Virus record (IMG/VR): IMGVR_UViG_3300033074_000304
Span: 2,540 to 66,539 of that record
Length of the DNA: 64,000 nt
Reading direction: 5' to 3' (one strand)
From: a virus
Taxonomy: Duplodnaviria > Caudoviricetes
Part shown: piece by piece, positions 63,401 through 64,000 of the stretch
Numbering within the stretch: position 1 is the stretch's first letter
How the letters are laid out: every line of letters begins with the position of its first letter
Program-made: the position numbers and the translations under genes
Notes under the pieces: model-generated
Database searches by the model: none
The model's input: only the letters and a program-made list of their open reading frames with translations
What the model was told of the DNA's origin: nothing

Positions 63401-64000
63401 TTAGTCAGTCTTTTGGGTAGCGCAAAGCCTTTTATATTCTGATTCCCTGCTGAACTTAGCACTTCCATCAGCTCCCGGCATCTCCCATCTCGCTGGGGCT
63501 CTCATCATTCCGCCGTCCATGTTAAAGGTGACAATCTTCCTGATGAAATCCAGTCCTTTCTGAGTCACCATCGTGGTCCTGCCTATCTTGACCTCACCCT
63601 TAACGGTGTACTTGCGCTCCCTGACCATAAATAGGCCCCTATCAACGTATTTCTGGTAAGGCTCGTTGTCACTCATCAGGACGTGCAGGTCACGCAGTAT
63701 CCTGAACAAGGTGTTCTGCCCCAGCAGCGGCACAGCCAGCACCTTTGATACCTCGCGTATCAGGATCAGGTCTGACGATTCTGCCACGGCGTCGAAGAAG
63801 TCTACCTTGTGGGCGTTCTCCTCACGGTACTTGACCTCAACCAGCAGATGCTCAAGAGCCTGAGCGTATGTCTGCGGCAGGTTGTAGCTGCCTGTCTTGC
63901 GGATGGTGGGCAGGACTTCTGACGTTACCCACTTCTTGAAGCGTTTGGCTTCTGGCTTATCGCTGCGGAGAATGAGTGAGTATAGGCCAGACTCGTTGAC
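63401..64000 (-). CDS. ant: BRO-N/KilAC (ANT) antirepressor, 5' end outside the window
   Basis: Open frame from the window end: VNESGLYSLILRSDKPEAKRFKKWVTSEVLPTIRKTGSY..., then GQNTLFRILR...PYQKYVDRGLF...TTMVTQKG. Confidence 0.92.
   Translation of the reverse strand, partial: VNESGLYSLILRSDKPEAKRFKKWVTSEVLPTIRKTGSYNLPQTYAQALEHLLVEVKYREENAHKVDFFDAVAESSDLILIREVSKVLAVPLLGQNTLFRILRDLHVLMSDNEPYQKYVDRGLFMVRERKYTVKGEVKIGRTTMVTQKGLDFIRKIVTFNMDGGMMRAPARWEMPGADGSAKFSRESEYKRLCATQKTD

Larger units (their letters stand above)
63108..63408. mobile_element. attP site: tRNA-Cys core with arm-type repeats on both sides
   Basis: TTAGTCAC x2 (63108, 63119) and TTAGTCAG x2 (63390, 63401), each pair 11 bp apart, flanking the core. 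Confidence 0.8.

Noticed and set aside
1-64000. CRISPR array, rRNA, intact RT/TR, PurZ, tape-measure gene
   Set aside because: No regularly spaced repeat-spacer array, rRNA, YADD/YxDD RT ORF, adenylosuccinate-synthetase-like ORF or classical tape measure was seen

Overview
The window holds what appears to be a nearly complete temperate phage genome. No tape-measure gene is recognisable and it has very large internal virion proteins, so it is probably podovirus-like. It is seen in its excised form: an intact attP near 63.1-63.4 kb carries the 3' half of a tRNA-Cys flanked on both sides by integrase arm-type repeats. Left to right: tyrosine integrase and putative repressor (minus strand); a rightward early/replication operon (RHH regulator, YqaJ/RecT, SSB-like, dATP/dGTP diphosphohydrolase, SLT, replication initiator with iterons, primase-helicase, HU, HNH); a leftward accessory arm (10.4-20.8 kb) of small shuffled ORFs, two integron attC-like sites and an AAA/vWA-metallopeptidase module; and a control region with a long structured leader. 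Then a rightward late arm: RusA-like nuclease, DUF2829/Tad2-like protein, a structured RNA region with a tRNA-shaped RNA lacking an anticodon loop, a C2H2 finger, TerS, intein-containing TerL, portal, scaffold, capsid, tail proteins, a 3391-aa polyvalent protein, a lysis cassette with a lone response-regulator receiver, and a tail fibre ending in a DGR-type variable region. A BRO/KilAC antirepressor is cut by the window end. The most unusual signals are two SD-equipped overprinted ORFs nested inside the toxin-like part of the giant protein, attC-bounded antisense cassettes in a phage, the anticodon-less tRNA-like RNA, a recurring GUGA-loop hairpin at late-gene ribosome-binding sites, a genome-wide CAAC-N3-GTTG operator in promoter spacers, and a DGR that seems to have lost avd/TR/RT by deletion. 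All family assignments are from motif recognition by eye; no database search was run.
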